Positions 49,789 to 59,580 of a stretch of 64,000 nucleotides of DNA are shown piece by piece; positions within the stretch are counted from its first letter, which is position 1, and every line of letters begins with the position of its first letter. The stretch comes from an uncultured candidate division Zixibacteria bacterium. Its GTDB lineage: Bacteria > Zixibacteria > MSB-5A5 > GN15 > FEB-12. Both the position numbers and the translations under genes were made by a program. The notes under the pieces are model-generated. The model was given only the letters and a program-made list of their open reading frames with translations, was not told where the DNA came from and made no database searches. The DNA lies in contig CAVTJJ010000003.1 of the NCBI GenBank assembly GCA_963735035.1, positions 352,001 to 416,000 of the forward strand. Reading direction: 5' to 3'.

Positions 49789-50484
49789 TTATTGATCCGA
49801 TTGGTTCAGTATCCGGGTATCAGAAACACGATTCCGCCAGAAACCGGACTCCCAACGATTCCTGAATTGGTGCTCTGTCGGTGTGGAACTTGAGTCTGAA
49901 CCTGTGACTCCGGCATGCTGGGCGGCAAACTCGGCTATCCGGTCATCTCTCTCGGTCCAAAAAGACAGATAGTAATAAATGGTAAAACGAGGTCTTTTGC
50001 TCACGGTTGTCAGAGTCGTACACATCTTGGAATACGAAATGCTGTCCAACCTGCCGGACGAGTAGTCCTTTCGCAGACGAACATCCGTTTCGGCAATTAT
50101 TCTGTCCATTCGAGTGTGAAAGCTGTCGTCTTCTTTTTGAACATCTTCTATTAGAGTAAGAATGTTGTTGAAGCAGAGATAATGAGATTCGGGATGAATA
50201 ACAAGCATCACTGACATCCCTCGTGGATGTTCACGACACTCATCAATGATTTTCCGACGAAGAGACTGGTAGTCCGGTATGTACACATTCGAAGTACCGC
50301 CTAACGTCAAATTCGGTACTAGTCGAGGTAGATTATCGAGAGTAGCTTGATGTCGGTGCCACCAAAGTCTACCGGAAGCATCAATTCGGAGAATTAGCGA
50401 GGGACTGATGGGACTCGATGAATTCACTGTGGACCGTGAAACCATGAACGCTAAAACTGCGATGATCAGAATCCGAGTCTTCAC
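49789..50484 (-). CDS. Hypothetical protein with a weak ExbD/TolR-like periplasmic domain
   Basis: N-terminal hydrophobic stretch; LILRIDASGRLWW...VMLVIHPESHYLCFNNILTLI pattern; visibly lower GC than the neighbours. Confidence 0.5.
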   Translation of the reverse strand: MKTRILIIAVLAFMVSRSTVNSSSPISPSLILRIDASGRLWWHRHQATLDNLPRLVPNLTLGGTSNVYIPDYQSLRRKIIDECREHPRGMSVMLVIHPESHYLCFNNILTLIEDVQKEDDSFHTRMDRIIAETDVRLRKDYSSGRLDSISYSKMCTTLTTVSKRPRFTIYYYLSFWTERDDRIAEFAAQHAGVTGSDSSSTPTEHQFRNRWESGFWRNRVSDTRILNQSDQ

Positions 50485-50699
50485 GATAGTCTTCCCCGGT
50501 ACAAATCATCCTCCGCCAGCGAAAATAACCCTCTTGCGCGTGGGACACAGCACCATACGGCAACGCCCCACGTAGTGAACTCGCATGAGAGTATGATAGT
50601 CCAGCAATCAATTTACGTCAATCACTCTCTTGCTCCACTATTGAACAGACGTTCTGTACCAGGTTTTTGTTCGCAGCACGGTGAACCCGCCAGAAGGTT

Positions 50700-50925
50700 A
50701 AGGCACCCAACTCTCAACCCTTGGGTGCCGCGGTCAAACCGGGGCACGACAAAATGGGCGCCGGGGCTGACAAAGTAGGAGGTCACCAACAAAAAACCGG
50801 CAGGGCCGGAGCCCTGCCGATTGGATAATTGCGATTGCACCCAAATAGAAAGTGCCGTCAGGCAGCCCGCCGCGGCGGGTCCTGACGGCACTCAATCTTC
50901 TCCCACCGCAAGCGGTGGGGCACCA
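50700..50925. repeat. REP-like cluster including a probable secF terminator
   Basis: GGGTGCCGCGGTCAAACCGGGGCAC; GTGCCGTCAGG..CCCGCCGCGGCGGG..CCTGACGGCAC; CGGCAGGGCTCCGGCCCTGCCG plus T-run on - at 50791-50819. Confidence 0.75.
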
Positions 50926-50934
50926 GAAGTCAGA

Positions 50935-51862
50935 CTATTTGAAGCGGCTCGGGCGGCGAGCTTCCCATTCGACTACGATCGGGCTGGCGACGAAAATGGA
51001 ACTGTACGTTCCAATGATCACACCCAGAATCATCGCGAATGAGAAACCGCGCAGCACTTCGCCTCCGAAGAGGAACAATATCACCACCACAATCATAACG
51101 GTCATCGAGGTGTTGATCGTCCGCGACAACACCTCGTTGATCGACCGATTGACCGAGTGCACGAATTCACCACGGCCTGCGGTACTTCTTCAGGTTCTCA
51201 CGAATACGGTCGAACACCACCACCGTATCGGTCAGCGAATATCCGGCCAAAGTCAGCAGCGCCGTTATGATCAACTGATTGAACTCGACCCCGAGCACGT
51301 AACAGATGCCGAGCACCGCCAGTACGTCGTGGAAAGTCGCAATCGTCGCGGCCATGCCGAAGCGGAAATCGAATCTGACCCAGATGTAGAGCAGAATTCC
51401 GATCAGCGAGATGATGACCGCCCAGGTGGCGTCGCGGCGAAGATTCTCTCCGACCGCCGGGCCGATAACGTGTTCGGAAACAATCGTGAATTCATTACCG
51501 GCGAATTTCTGCGTCAGCAGATTCTTGAGCGTGGTCGCCTCCTCACGATTAGCCGCTTCCGACCCCGGTTGCTTCGTCTTGATAAGGAAGGCGTTGGGGA
51601 TGTGGAAATCGGTCAGGCTGGTCACGGCGGCGTCCGGGAAAGTGCCGGACAGGGCGCCGCGGAGCTCGTCGATCGCCACCGGTTTCTGGAAATGACCCTG
51701 AAGCATCACACCGCCGGCGAAATCGATGCCCATATTGGCTTTGCCCATGGCGGTCATAATGAAGGCAAAAAGGCCTACGGTCACCAGCAAGGCGGATATC
51801 CCGAAAGCGACTTTGCGCTCGCCGATGAAATTGATATTGGTATCAGGTAATATTCTAAACAT
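50935..51862 (-). CDS. secF: Protein translocase subunit SecF, split by a frameshift near 51178
   Basis: GIDFAGG, IGPAVG, HDV, GYSLTDTVVVFDRIREN; second part VLSRTINTS and GTYSSIFVASP. Confidence 0.95.
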
Positions 51863-51881
51863 GTTGTTGTCGTCCTTTCAC

Positions 51882-53576
51882 CTATATACTCAGGGTTTGA
51901 TAGGCCTTGCGGACATCGAAGATCGCCTTCGTAATCACATAGGCCGTGTACAGGGAAATAGTCACACCCCAGAACAGGGTGATGGCGAACCCGCGCACCG
52001 CACCGGATCCGAAGATGAACAGCGCCAGGGCTGTGATAAGCGTGGTCACGTGCGAGTCAAGAATAGTCAGGAAAGCCCGCTCGTAACCGGCATCGATCGA
52101 AGCTCGAACCGTCTTGCCGGTTCGCAACTCCTCTCTGATGCGCTCGAAAATCAGAATATTCGAGTCGACCGAGATACCGATGGTCAGGATGATACCGGCG
52201 ATACCGGGCATCGTCAGCGTGGAATGAAGTCCGGCCATAATCGCCAGCAGGAAAAAGATGTTGAAGAGCAGACCGATATCGGCGATCACTCCGGAGATTC
52301 GGTAATAGATGCCGATGTACAGCAACACGATGATGAGCCCGACCATCGACGAGTAGAACCCTTTGCTGATCGAGTCGGCTCCGAGCGAGGCGCCGACCAC
52401 GTTCTTTTCGATGATCTCCACCGGCGCCGGAAGCGCACCGGCTTCAAGAACGATCTTCATGTTCACGGCGTCGTCAATCGAGGCCGAGCCGCCCATCGTG
52501 ATAGTGCCGCTGCCGCGAATCTTGGAATTGATGAACGGGGCGGACTCGACTTTGCCGTCGAGCACTACCGCCAGCGGCTTGTTGATGTTGGCGCCGGTCA
52601 ACTGGGCGAAGCGAGCGTTGCCATCGGAAGTGATCCGGAAGTCAACTTCGTGACCGCCCATCTGACCACGACGGAGCGAGATGTTTTCGAGATACTTGCC
52701 GACAAATTGAACTTTGCGCTTGAGCAAATAGAGGTCCCAGACATCGCGACCGTTTCGACTCTCGGTCCGAGTGGACCAGGCGAACTGGAGATCAACGGGG
52801 ATCAACCGCTGAACTTCGGGCATGGCGAGCCAGGCCTCCATAGCGGGCCGATCGGTCTTGTTGACCGCCCAGCCGGGCCAGTATTCGCGGGTCTGACTGC
52901 CACTCATCCATTGATCGAGACGGCTTGAGAAGGGATTGACTTCTTCCGATGTGCCCTGCTTCTCGTCAAAAGCAAACGCCGAGGTGTCCTTGGCGGAATC
53001 TTTGCCCATAAGGTCGGCCATGACATCGCTCTCACCGGTCTTGGCAGTATCGGTCTTGGCCGTCGGAGTCGTGCCGGACTTGGCCAATTCGGAGGCGTGC
53101 ACCACCGAGTCGATCTTCCGGACGATCAACGAAGCGTTGTCGTTGTTTTCGAGCAGCTTGAATTCGAGCACTGCCATCTGGCCGATAAGTTCTTCGGCAC
53201 GATTGGCGTCGGTGTAACCGGGAAGATCGATGATGATCTGATCGGTCCCCTGCTTCTGTACGTTCGGTTCGGCCACTCCGAGACCGTCAATACGAGTGCG
53301 GATGACCTGCATGGCCCTGTCAACCGCCCCGGTCGTTGCATCTTTACCCAGTTCCTCGGTCTTGACCCGGAGTACCACGTGGATACCACCCTGAAGATCG
53401 AGACCCAGGCGAATAGCTTTCTGTTGCAGGGCGAGCAAATCACCCGGCTGTTTCTCCTGCATAATCTGACGGGCAGTGGGTTCCATCGTCCACAGCTTGA
53501 ACGTGTCCCAGAAGGCCAGCAGGCCGACCACGACCAGCACGGCGGTAATGAGAATGCGCCATTTCTGTCCTGACAT
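51882..53576 (-). CDS. secD: Protein translocase subunit SecD
   Basis: LGLDLQGG, RIDGLGVAEP, AGALPAP, LTMPGIAG, DSNILIFERIREE and ILDSHVTT. Confidence 0.97.
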   Translation of the reverse strand: MSGQKWRILITAVLVVVGLLAFWDTFKLWTMEPTARQIMQEKQPGDLLALQQKAIRLGLDLQGGIHVVLRVKTEELGKDATTGAVDRAMQVIRTRIDGLGVAEPNVQKQGTDQIIIDLPGYTDANRAEELIGQMAVLEFKLLENNDNASLIVRKIDSVVHASELAKSGTTPTAKTDTAKTGESDVMADLMGKDSAKDTSAFAFDEKQGTSEEVNPFSSRLDQWMSGSQTREYWPGWAVNKTDRPAMEAWLAMPEVQRLIPVDLQFAWSTRTESRNGRDVWDLYLLKRKVQFVGKYLENISLRRGQMGGHEVDFRITSDGNARFAQLTGANINKPLAVVLDGKVESAPFINSKIRGSGTITMGGSASIDDAVNMKIVLEAGALPAPVEIIEKNVVGASLGADSISKGFYSSMVGLIIVLLYIGIYYRISGVIADIGLLFNIFFLLAIMAGLHSTLTMPGIAGIILTIGISVDSNILIFERIREELRTGKTVRASIDAGYERAFLTILDSHVTTLITALALFIFGSGAVRGFAITLFWGVTISLYTAYVITKAIFDVRKAYQTLSI

Positions 53577-53704
53577 TGGGAATCCTTTCTAAAATATCTT
53601 GTGCTACTTATTTCGCAAAATAGTGACACCAGCCCGGCGTAATACCGCCCGCTGGATGTTACCGAACCGTTCACGGTTCAGTCTGACAGAGAATTGACGA
53701 GGAG

Positions 53705-54142
53705 TTAGCTGGTGCCCGAAGGGCGAGCGCCAACGAGCGTGAAGCGATGCCCGATCTGAGAGGCGACCAGACTCACGGATTGATAAACGGCGCTGTGCGC
53801 GTTAAGTCCGTGGCTGGGGCTGATCTCGACGGTCGAGGGCGAGAAGATCAGGCGGTGGGAAAAGCTGCCACCCGCCGGAAGACCCGGATTCCCTTGCATC
53901 AAGAAGCACTGCTCAGTGCTCGGATGACTGCCGGGGGCCATGCCGCCGGTAGCTTCCTTGGGATCGGGCTTTTGGTCAAAGGCTGCGGCGACCGAAGTTG
54001 ATTCGGCCGGGCTGGGAGACATTTGCTCGGTGAACAGACGATGCGCCGCGCCGGCGCCGGTTATCATCAGAGCCAGTAGCGCTCCGACAACCACGGCGAC
54101 ACGTAAACCGGTCAAAGTAATGTGGGCGAATCGTCTCAACAT
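53705..54142 (-). CDS. Membrane-targeted upstream ORF of secDF, candidate translation-arrest monitoring peptide
   Basis: Basic N-terminus plus hydrophobic segment, Ser/Pro-rich linker, C-terminus RFTLVGARPSGTS*, 128 nt upstream of secD on the same strand. Confidence 0.6.
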   Translation of the reverse strand: MLRRFAHITLTGLRVAVVVGALLALMITGAGAAHRLFTEQMSPSPAESTSVAAAFDQKPDPKEATGGMAPGSHPSTEQCFLMQGNPGLPAGGSFSHRLIFSPSTVEISPSHGLNAHSAVYQSVSLVASQIGHRFTLVGARPSGTS

Positions 54143-54197
54143 AGCCTTTCAATATATCGTCGGATTTTCGTTAGTCAACGCAAATCGCTCGCCTCGC

Positions 54198-54226
54198 TTG
54201 ACATCGCCAGTCGACCCACGTAGTTT
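54198..54226 (+). promoter_or_regulatory. sigma70 promoter of the M16 peptidase gene
   Basis: TTGACA-N17-TAGTTT. Confidence 0.55.
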
Positions 54227-54294
54227 AACCCGTTGCCGTGAAGATAGTTATTTCACCGGCTCAACTTTTGAACAGTTCTCAAGAGGTCCTGGCT

Positions 54295-57054
54295 ATGAGA
54301 TTCCTGGTGTCCTTTCCCACAAGACTCTTTCTGGTTGTGTCCGTCTTTGCCGCCCTGGCAGTCACCGAACCGATTCAGGCCGCAGGTCAGCCCGACAAGC
54401 TCGACAACGGCATGCAGACGATCCTGATAGAAAACCACAGTTCCCCGATGATCGCCTGTGTCATTTTTGTGCGCTCCGGAAGCAAATACGAATCGGAATA
54501 TGAAAACGGTATCACCCACTTTCTGGAGCACCTACTTTTCGACGGCACAACTCACCTTACGCGGGAAGAACTCAGCAACTCCATCCGTGACCTCGGCGGC
54601 TACATAAACGCCTTCACGCGAGAGGACCTGACGGCCTACATGGTGCTCCTGCCCAAGCAGTATATCGAGTATGGCATGACGACCGAAGTCGATATGCTTT
54701 TCAACTCGGTCTTTCCGGAGAATGAACTGACGAAAGAACGTCAGGTGGTAATCGAAGAAATCCGTCGCGACACCGACGACCCGGGCGCCCCGGCCAACGC
54801 GTTCTTCATGAAGCAGGCTTACGGCGACACCGACTACGGGCGTCCGGTCCTGGGATATGAGCCGTTCATCGCCAATATCCCCCGGGGGGCCATCATTCAG
54901 TACTGGAAGACCCACTACACGCCCGACAAGATGACCGCGCTGGTAATCGGTGATTTTGATACCAAGGCTATGAAAGCGACACTGGAGCGCATATTCGGCC
55001 GCATCCCGAAGAATAACAACGCGGAAGCTTCCAAGGCTACGGAGTTGCACCGGAAGCTGGCCGAAACGAAGCAGCGGAACGGCACAATTGTCGGACAGAA
55101 GCGATACGATACAACAGCAGCGGTGACATCGGCGTATGTGAATTTCTCGCTCGCGGCACCGTCGTTGAATTCAGCGGACTATCTCCCGTTCGACCTGCTG
55201 AGCCAGTACCTGTCTCTGGACGAAATTTCTCCCCTTTCCAAGGCTCTGAAGAACGGGGATCATCCGCTGGCCAGCGAAGTAACCGTATCGCTGAATACGC
55301 GGGCTGAATTCGCCCGGATGGATATTTCGGTGCTTACCGAAACGCCTCAGAATTGCGACAGCATCGTGAATACGGTTCTATCGACACTGTCCGGAATGGC
55401 GACTCAAACGGCTGATCCGGGCGATCTCAAAGGGATCAAGACCGGCATCCGTTGTGACGCCATCTACAACGCCGAGAAGCTCCACTACTACGCATTTCAA
55501 ATTGCCCCGATGATGATGTCAGCAACCTGGAGTTGGATTCAGAGCTACCCGGATCGCCTGGACAGCGTCAAGTGGGAGCAGTGTAAGAAGGCCGCTGACC
55601 GTTGGTTGAGTAAACCGAATTATATAGCCACGGTCGTCCGTCCGGCCGACTCGAGCCAGACTGGATTCAAACCGTCATCCCTCACCGCTGAACAGGTAAT
55701 AGCCCATTTCGATTCGACCAGTTTTCCTGCCTACGATCTGACCAAAGGGTACGAGTTGAAATATCCACAGACTGATTCGGTCGTCCTTGATCTAACTGAC
55801 AAGGCGGTCTATTGTCGAGAAATACTGCCGAACGGACTTACAGTACTGGTCAAATCGAGCCGCGACAGTCGCGTTTTCGCGATCAATATTCTCGGGAAGA
55901 ACCGCTCGGCCTGCGAACCGGACGACAAAGCGGGCATCACCGATTTCGTGAATCGGTGTCTGGCCAAGGGGACGCCAACCAGAAACGCCCAGCAAGTCAG
56001 CCGCGACCTGGCATCGATCGGAGCCAATCTGACCTTGAATGACAATCCGTGGATTCCATATGATGATCGCTATACTACACGGGGTTTTTCGTTCATAAAG
56101 TTCGAAACCATCGAGCCGTTCGCCAAAGAAGGGTTCGACCTTCTGGCCGATCTGGTACAGCACCCGGCGTTCGATTCCACTGAAGTTGAAAACGTCCGCA
56201 CCGAAATGCTGGGGACCATAAGCCGAAACGCCAGTTCGCCTTCGCAAGTAGCCCGCGATTTGTTCTACGCCCAGTTGTTCGCCGGACATCCCTTCGCCAA
56301 GAGCATCATGGGAAATGCGGCAACAATCGGATCAATTATTACCACCGACCTGCGAAATCACCATCTCAGATTCTACGCGCCGGGTAACATGATTCTGTCT
56401 GTCGTGACCAGTCGCGACACCTCGGAAGTGATGTCGTGGGTGCGAAGCAGTTTCGGAGCACCCTCAATCGAGCAGCAAGTCTGCCCGTCACCCGGCGTTC
56501 CTGCAATTGCTTCCGGGCAGCTTCATCAAGAGCTGGCCAAAGAACAGATTGCGATCTATGCAGGCGGGCTGCTTCCCGGGGCTGATTCGTCGGATGCCCT
56601 GCAGGCTCAAGTGGCCGTTTCAATTCTCTCTTCCCGCTTGGGTGAAATTCTTAGGGAGCGGCAAGGACTGGCGTACTCCACCGGGGCCGGGTCGGATTTC
56701 CAGCGCAATTTCGGATGGTACCTCGTGAGTATCGCTACCGGCAGCCAGAATTATCAGACGGCGCTCGACGGCCTGAGTCTTCAGACCGAGAAGCTGGCTT
56801 TGGACGGCCCGTGGGATACCGAAGTTAAGGGAGCCAAGAATCAGATGTGGGGACAGCTCATGAGCGCCAAGCTTTCACGTATCAACCAGGCGTACTATCT
56901 GGGGTTGGATGAATTCATGGGACGTGGTATAGGATATGATAAGCGTCTGCTGACCGCCCTGTCGAAGATCACGGTGTTGACGGTGCGTGATGCCGCCGGG
57001 AAGTATCTTCGCCCCGAAGAGTGGGTGATCGCGACCGCCGGCAAGAAGCCCTAG
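54295..57054 (+). CDS. M16 (pitrilysin/insulinase) zinc peptidase with a tandem two-half architecture
   Basis: Signal peptide, HFLEH, NAFT, ERQVVIEE; second half LPNGL and LRERQGLAYS. Confidence 0.92.
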   Translation: MRFLVSFPTRLFLVVSVFAALAVTEPIQAAGQPDKLDNGMQTILIENHSSPMIACVIFVRSGSKYESEYENGITHFLEHLLFDGTTHLTREELSNSIRDLGGYINAFTREDLTAYMVLLPKQYIEYGMTTEVDMLFNSVFPENELTKERQVVIEEIRRDTDDPGAPANAFFMKQAYGDTDYGRPVLGYEPFIANIPRGAIIQYWKTHYTPDKMTALVIGDFDTKAMKATLERIFGRIPKNNNAEASKATELHRKLAETKQRNGTIVGQKRYDTTAAVTSAYVNFSLAAPSLNSADYLPFDLLSQYLSLDEISPLSKALKNGDHPLASEVTVSLNTRAEFARMDISVLTETPQNCDSIVNTVLSTLSGMATQTADPGDLKGIKTGIRCDAIYNAEKLHYYAFQIAPMMMSATWSWIQSYPDRLDSVKWEQCKKAADRWLSKPNYIATVVRPADSSQTGFKPSSLTAEQVIAHFDSTSFPAYDLTKGYELKYPQTDSVVLDLTDKAVYCREILPNGLTVLVKSSRDSRVFAINILGKNRSACEPDDKAGITDFVNRCLAKGTPTRNAQQVSRDLASIGANLTLNDNPWIPYDDRYTTRGFSFIKFETIEPFAKEGFDLLADLVQHPAFDSTEVENVRTEMLGTISRNASSPSQVARDLFYAQLFAGHPFAKSIMGNAATIGSIITTDLRNHHLRFYAPGNMILSVVTSRDTSEVMSWVRSSFGAPSIEQQVCPSPGVPAIASGQLHQELAKEQIAIYAGGLLPGADSSDALQAQVAVSILSSRLGEILRERQGLAYSTGAGSDFQRNFGWYLVSIATGSQNYQTALDGLSLQTEKLALDGPWDTEVKGAKNQMWGQLMSAKLSRINQAYYLGLDEFMGRGIGYDKRLLTALSKITVLTVRDAAGKYLRPEEWVIATAGKKP

Positions 57055-57128
57055 GGGTGTGATCTCAAGTCTACGAAGCCAAGTGACATGCATCGTGGCA
57101 CGACGTGCAGTCCTTTGGTATTGCGAAG

Positions 57129-57761
57129 TCAGTCTACTACCTTAGGCTTACTCTCAGAGAACTCGCTGCTTAGTTTCTCGCGCACCAAACTGAAATTGCA
57201 TAAGAACCAGGGCCCACCGACAATACACGAGAGAATCAGCGAAATCTCGCCTGCCGTGAGACAGCGCAGACATCCACTGTCGAATAGAACCTTTGTAATC
57301 ACGGCCACAATTGCGTACATAATCATTGGAATCCAGATTCTCTTTGGTAGTTCCCCGGGGTACTCGCGTTCAAAGAAAAGACAGTATAGCAGTGTAAGTA
57401 CACAGTAAGTCGTGAACCATTCGAGAAACGTTGAAAGGTCGTTGGAGTATACAAAGAGAATGAAGACAATGACGGGGAACACTATATCCAGTACTAGTCT
57501 GAGCGCGTCTCTGTACAGCCTGTCGACAACTATCAGATGGTAAATTACCCAATCCGATAGACCGATGACGAAAGACAGGACCACAAGCGGCAGCAGAACC
57601 GGCAATTTGTTGGAATCGAACCGTCCTATCTTTGGAATTGTATACTCCAAACCGGTTGCCAGAGCAAGACCGTAGAACAGATCAATCAGCAAACCAAATT
57701 TCTTGCTGAGCGGCTCCGGCTTGCATTGCTTCAACAGAGTTGTCTCGTCACTCTGAGTCAC
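57129..57761 (-). CDS. Hypothetical polytopic membrane protein, lower GC
   Basis: AGGAGG SD before GTG; about six hydrophobic segments. Confidence 0.65.
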   Translation of the reverse strand: MTQSDETTLLKQCKPEPLSKKFGLLIDLFYGLALATGLEYTIPKIGRFDSNKLPVLLPLVVLSFVIGLSDWVIYHLIVVDRLYRDALRLVLDIVFPVIVFILFVYSNDLSTFLEWFTTYCVLTLLYCLFFEREYPGELPKRIWIPMIMYAIVAVITKVLFDSGCLRCLTAGEISLILSCIVGGPWFLCNFSLVREKLSSEFSESKPKVVD

Positions 57762-57959
57762 TATGGACCTCCTATTCTATGAAGAATGGGCGCAGGACTG
57801 TACCTCTACTTTGGTCTTCTTTCGACTACATGTCGATTGCGGCGTCACTATCATCCTACCCATTACCATTGATTATGGAATTCAATTTGTCTGACGATAA
57901 TTGATTCTGACTATGTTGTCACCAACAATCAGCGTCTTACGCTGGTGCCTCCGAAGACC

Positions 57960-58347
57960 GGTAGCCCACAGCTCTGCTGTGGGTTTTTATGCTCAGAGCT
58001 ACCAGCGACTGATTATCGTTGTGAGCATGTCGGGTTTCTCGGCTCGTCCGTTTCCAGCGGCCGAACCTCGGAACGCCGACCTACTTTCTGCACATAAGCC
58101 GGCAGATGTGGACATCTGCCGGGCACGATTCAGAAGCTATTGTGCGGTCAGGCGTCCCTGCCTGACCGCGGCAGATATCATAGCAACCGTCGGGCAGAGA
58201 CGCCCGACGGCACACTAAAACGCGTCAGGTCACACGCCGCCTTTGGCAGCGCAGGACCTGACGCAACAACATTCGGGGAGTTGTTCCACAGCTCGCAAGC
58301 GGTGGAGCACTATCAAATTGTCAGGAGCCTAAGGGCTCCTGACCTAC
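57960..58347. repeat. Multi-family REP-like cluster
   Basis: GGTAGCCCACAGCTCTGCTGTGGG, CCGGCAGATGTGGACATCTGCCGG, GTCGGGCAGAGACGCCCGAC and GTCAGGAGCCTAAGGGCTCCTGAC. Confidence 0.85.
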
Positions 58348-59552
58348 TTCTTTCCTAGTTTCAGTCCGAGTCCAGTCATGGCGGTCGGCCAGAGATGTTT
58401 GCGGTGTAAGATGTGGTAGACTATCGCCAGGATGACGTATATCAGGGCTACTTCCATGCGGATCTGTTCCACAACTAGCTGCGCGGTAAAGAGTGCCACC
58501 AGGAGAACGCCTTCGATACGGCTCAATCTCAAATTCACCAGCACGGCCACGGCGAAGATTGACTGGGCCGCCGTCAGATATAGTTCATGATCCTGCAAAG
58601 TATCCAGTTGGAAGTTTTTGATCGTGCCGCCGGAAATGGCATACACCAGAGGAATGGTACCGACCAGCAGCGTCCACTGATTTACTTTGGACGATATCAG
58701 CGCCTTGATAGCCGATTGAGCGTTTCCACGAAGCGCCCAGGTTACGGCGATAATAAACTCAGGTGATTCCGAAGCGATCGGCGCGAGCCATTGGACCAGC
58801 AGGAACTGGCTCACACCCAGTCGGGTGCCGGTTTCGACGAGCGATTCCGCGAACGGCTCGGCGACAAAGAAAATGGTCGCGCCCGAGAAGAGAAAGAACA
58901 GCGCGGTCATGATTCGTCGGGGAACATCTTTCATGTTCGCCAGAATCTTCACCGGACCGACCAACTCGGGTTCTTTCACTTCCATCTGAGAAGCCCGTCG
59001 GGTATAGAGAATGAATAGCGTGACGAGAATGGCGGTGTCCAGCAGGCTGAGATGACCTTTGAGCGGAATCGTGAACGAATACAGCGTGGCCATCGCCAGG
59101 TAGAAGATTTCGCATCGCTGCGATTCGTCAAGCACCAGTTCCTTCTTCTTCTTGGCGATGATGAAGACGAACAGAACCACCGGCCAGCCGATTCCTACCA
59201 GCAGTCGGTTGGCCCCGGTCATATTGGCGATGGCGAAATGCGCTTGCGACGGGTCATGGGCCGACTTCCAGGTAAAGACGAAGTCCACGGCATATTCTGG
59301 CAAGACAGCTACCAGTGCAAGTAGCGCCACGGCCAAAGACTCAGAAATATCAATCTCGGCCGCCTCGGCCGCCCACGAGAGCATGAACGCCGCCCCAAAG
59401 ACGGCCATGCCAAAGATAATCGCGCCAATGATAGGCGAAATCGAATCGTGGGAGATTCCGTAAAATAGTCCGGGGATAGTCAAGAGCATGGCTACGGCGA
59501 GAAGAACATAATCGCCGGTCTTGACGTGAAGCTTCTCTCGGTGGTGGCTCAT
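58344..59552 (-). CDS. Ca2+/cation antiporter (CaCA, Na_Ca_ex family)
   Basis: Alpha repeats AVLPEY...ANMTGAN and PIASESPEF...SSKVNQ. Confidence 0.88.
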   Translation of the reverse strand: MSHHREKLHVKTGDYVLLAVAMLLTIPGLFYGISHDSISPIIGAIIFGMAVFGAAFMLSWAAEAAEIDISESLAVALLALVAVLPEYAVDFVFTWKSAHDPSQAHFAIANMTGANRLLVGIGWPVVLFVFIIAKKKKELVLDESQRCEIFYLAMATLYSFTIPLKGHLSLLDTAILVTLFILYTRRASQMEVKEPELVGPVKILANMKDVPRRIMTALFFLFSGATIFFVAEPFAESLVETGTRLGVSQFLLVQWLAPIASESPEFIIAVTWALRGNAQSAIKALISSKVNQWTLLVGTIPLVYAISGGTIKNFQLDTLQDHELYLTAAQSIFAVAVLVNLRLSRIEGVLLVALFTAQLVVEQIRMEVALIYVILAIVYHILHRKHLWPTAMTGLGLKLGKK

Positions 59553-59580
59553 CCGTAGTTTCCAATCCGGGTGAACAGGT

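Noticed and set aside
50852..52928. Long plus-strand ORFs antisense to secD/secF (likewise 7635-8597, 13458-14351, 41023-42045, 47284-48201)
   Set aside because: Shadow ORFs expected opposite real genes in high-GC DNA; no recognisable motifs.
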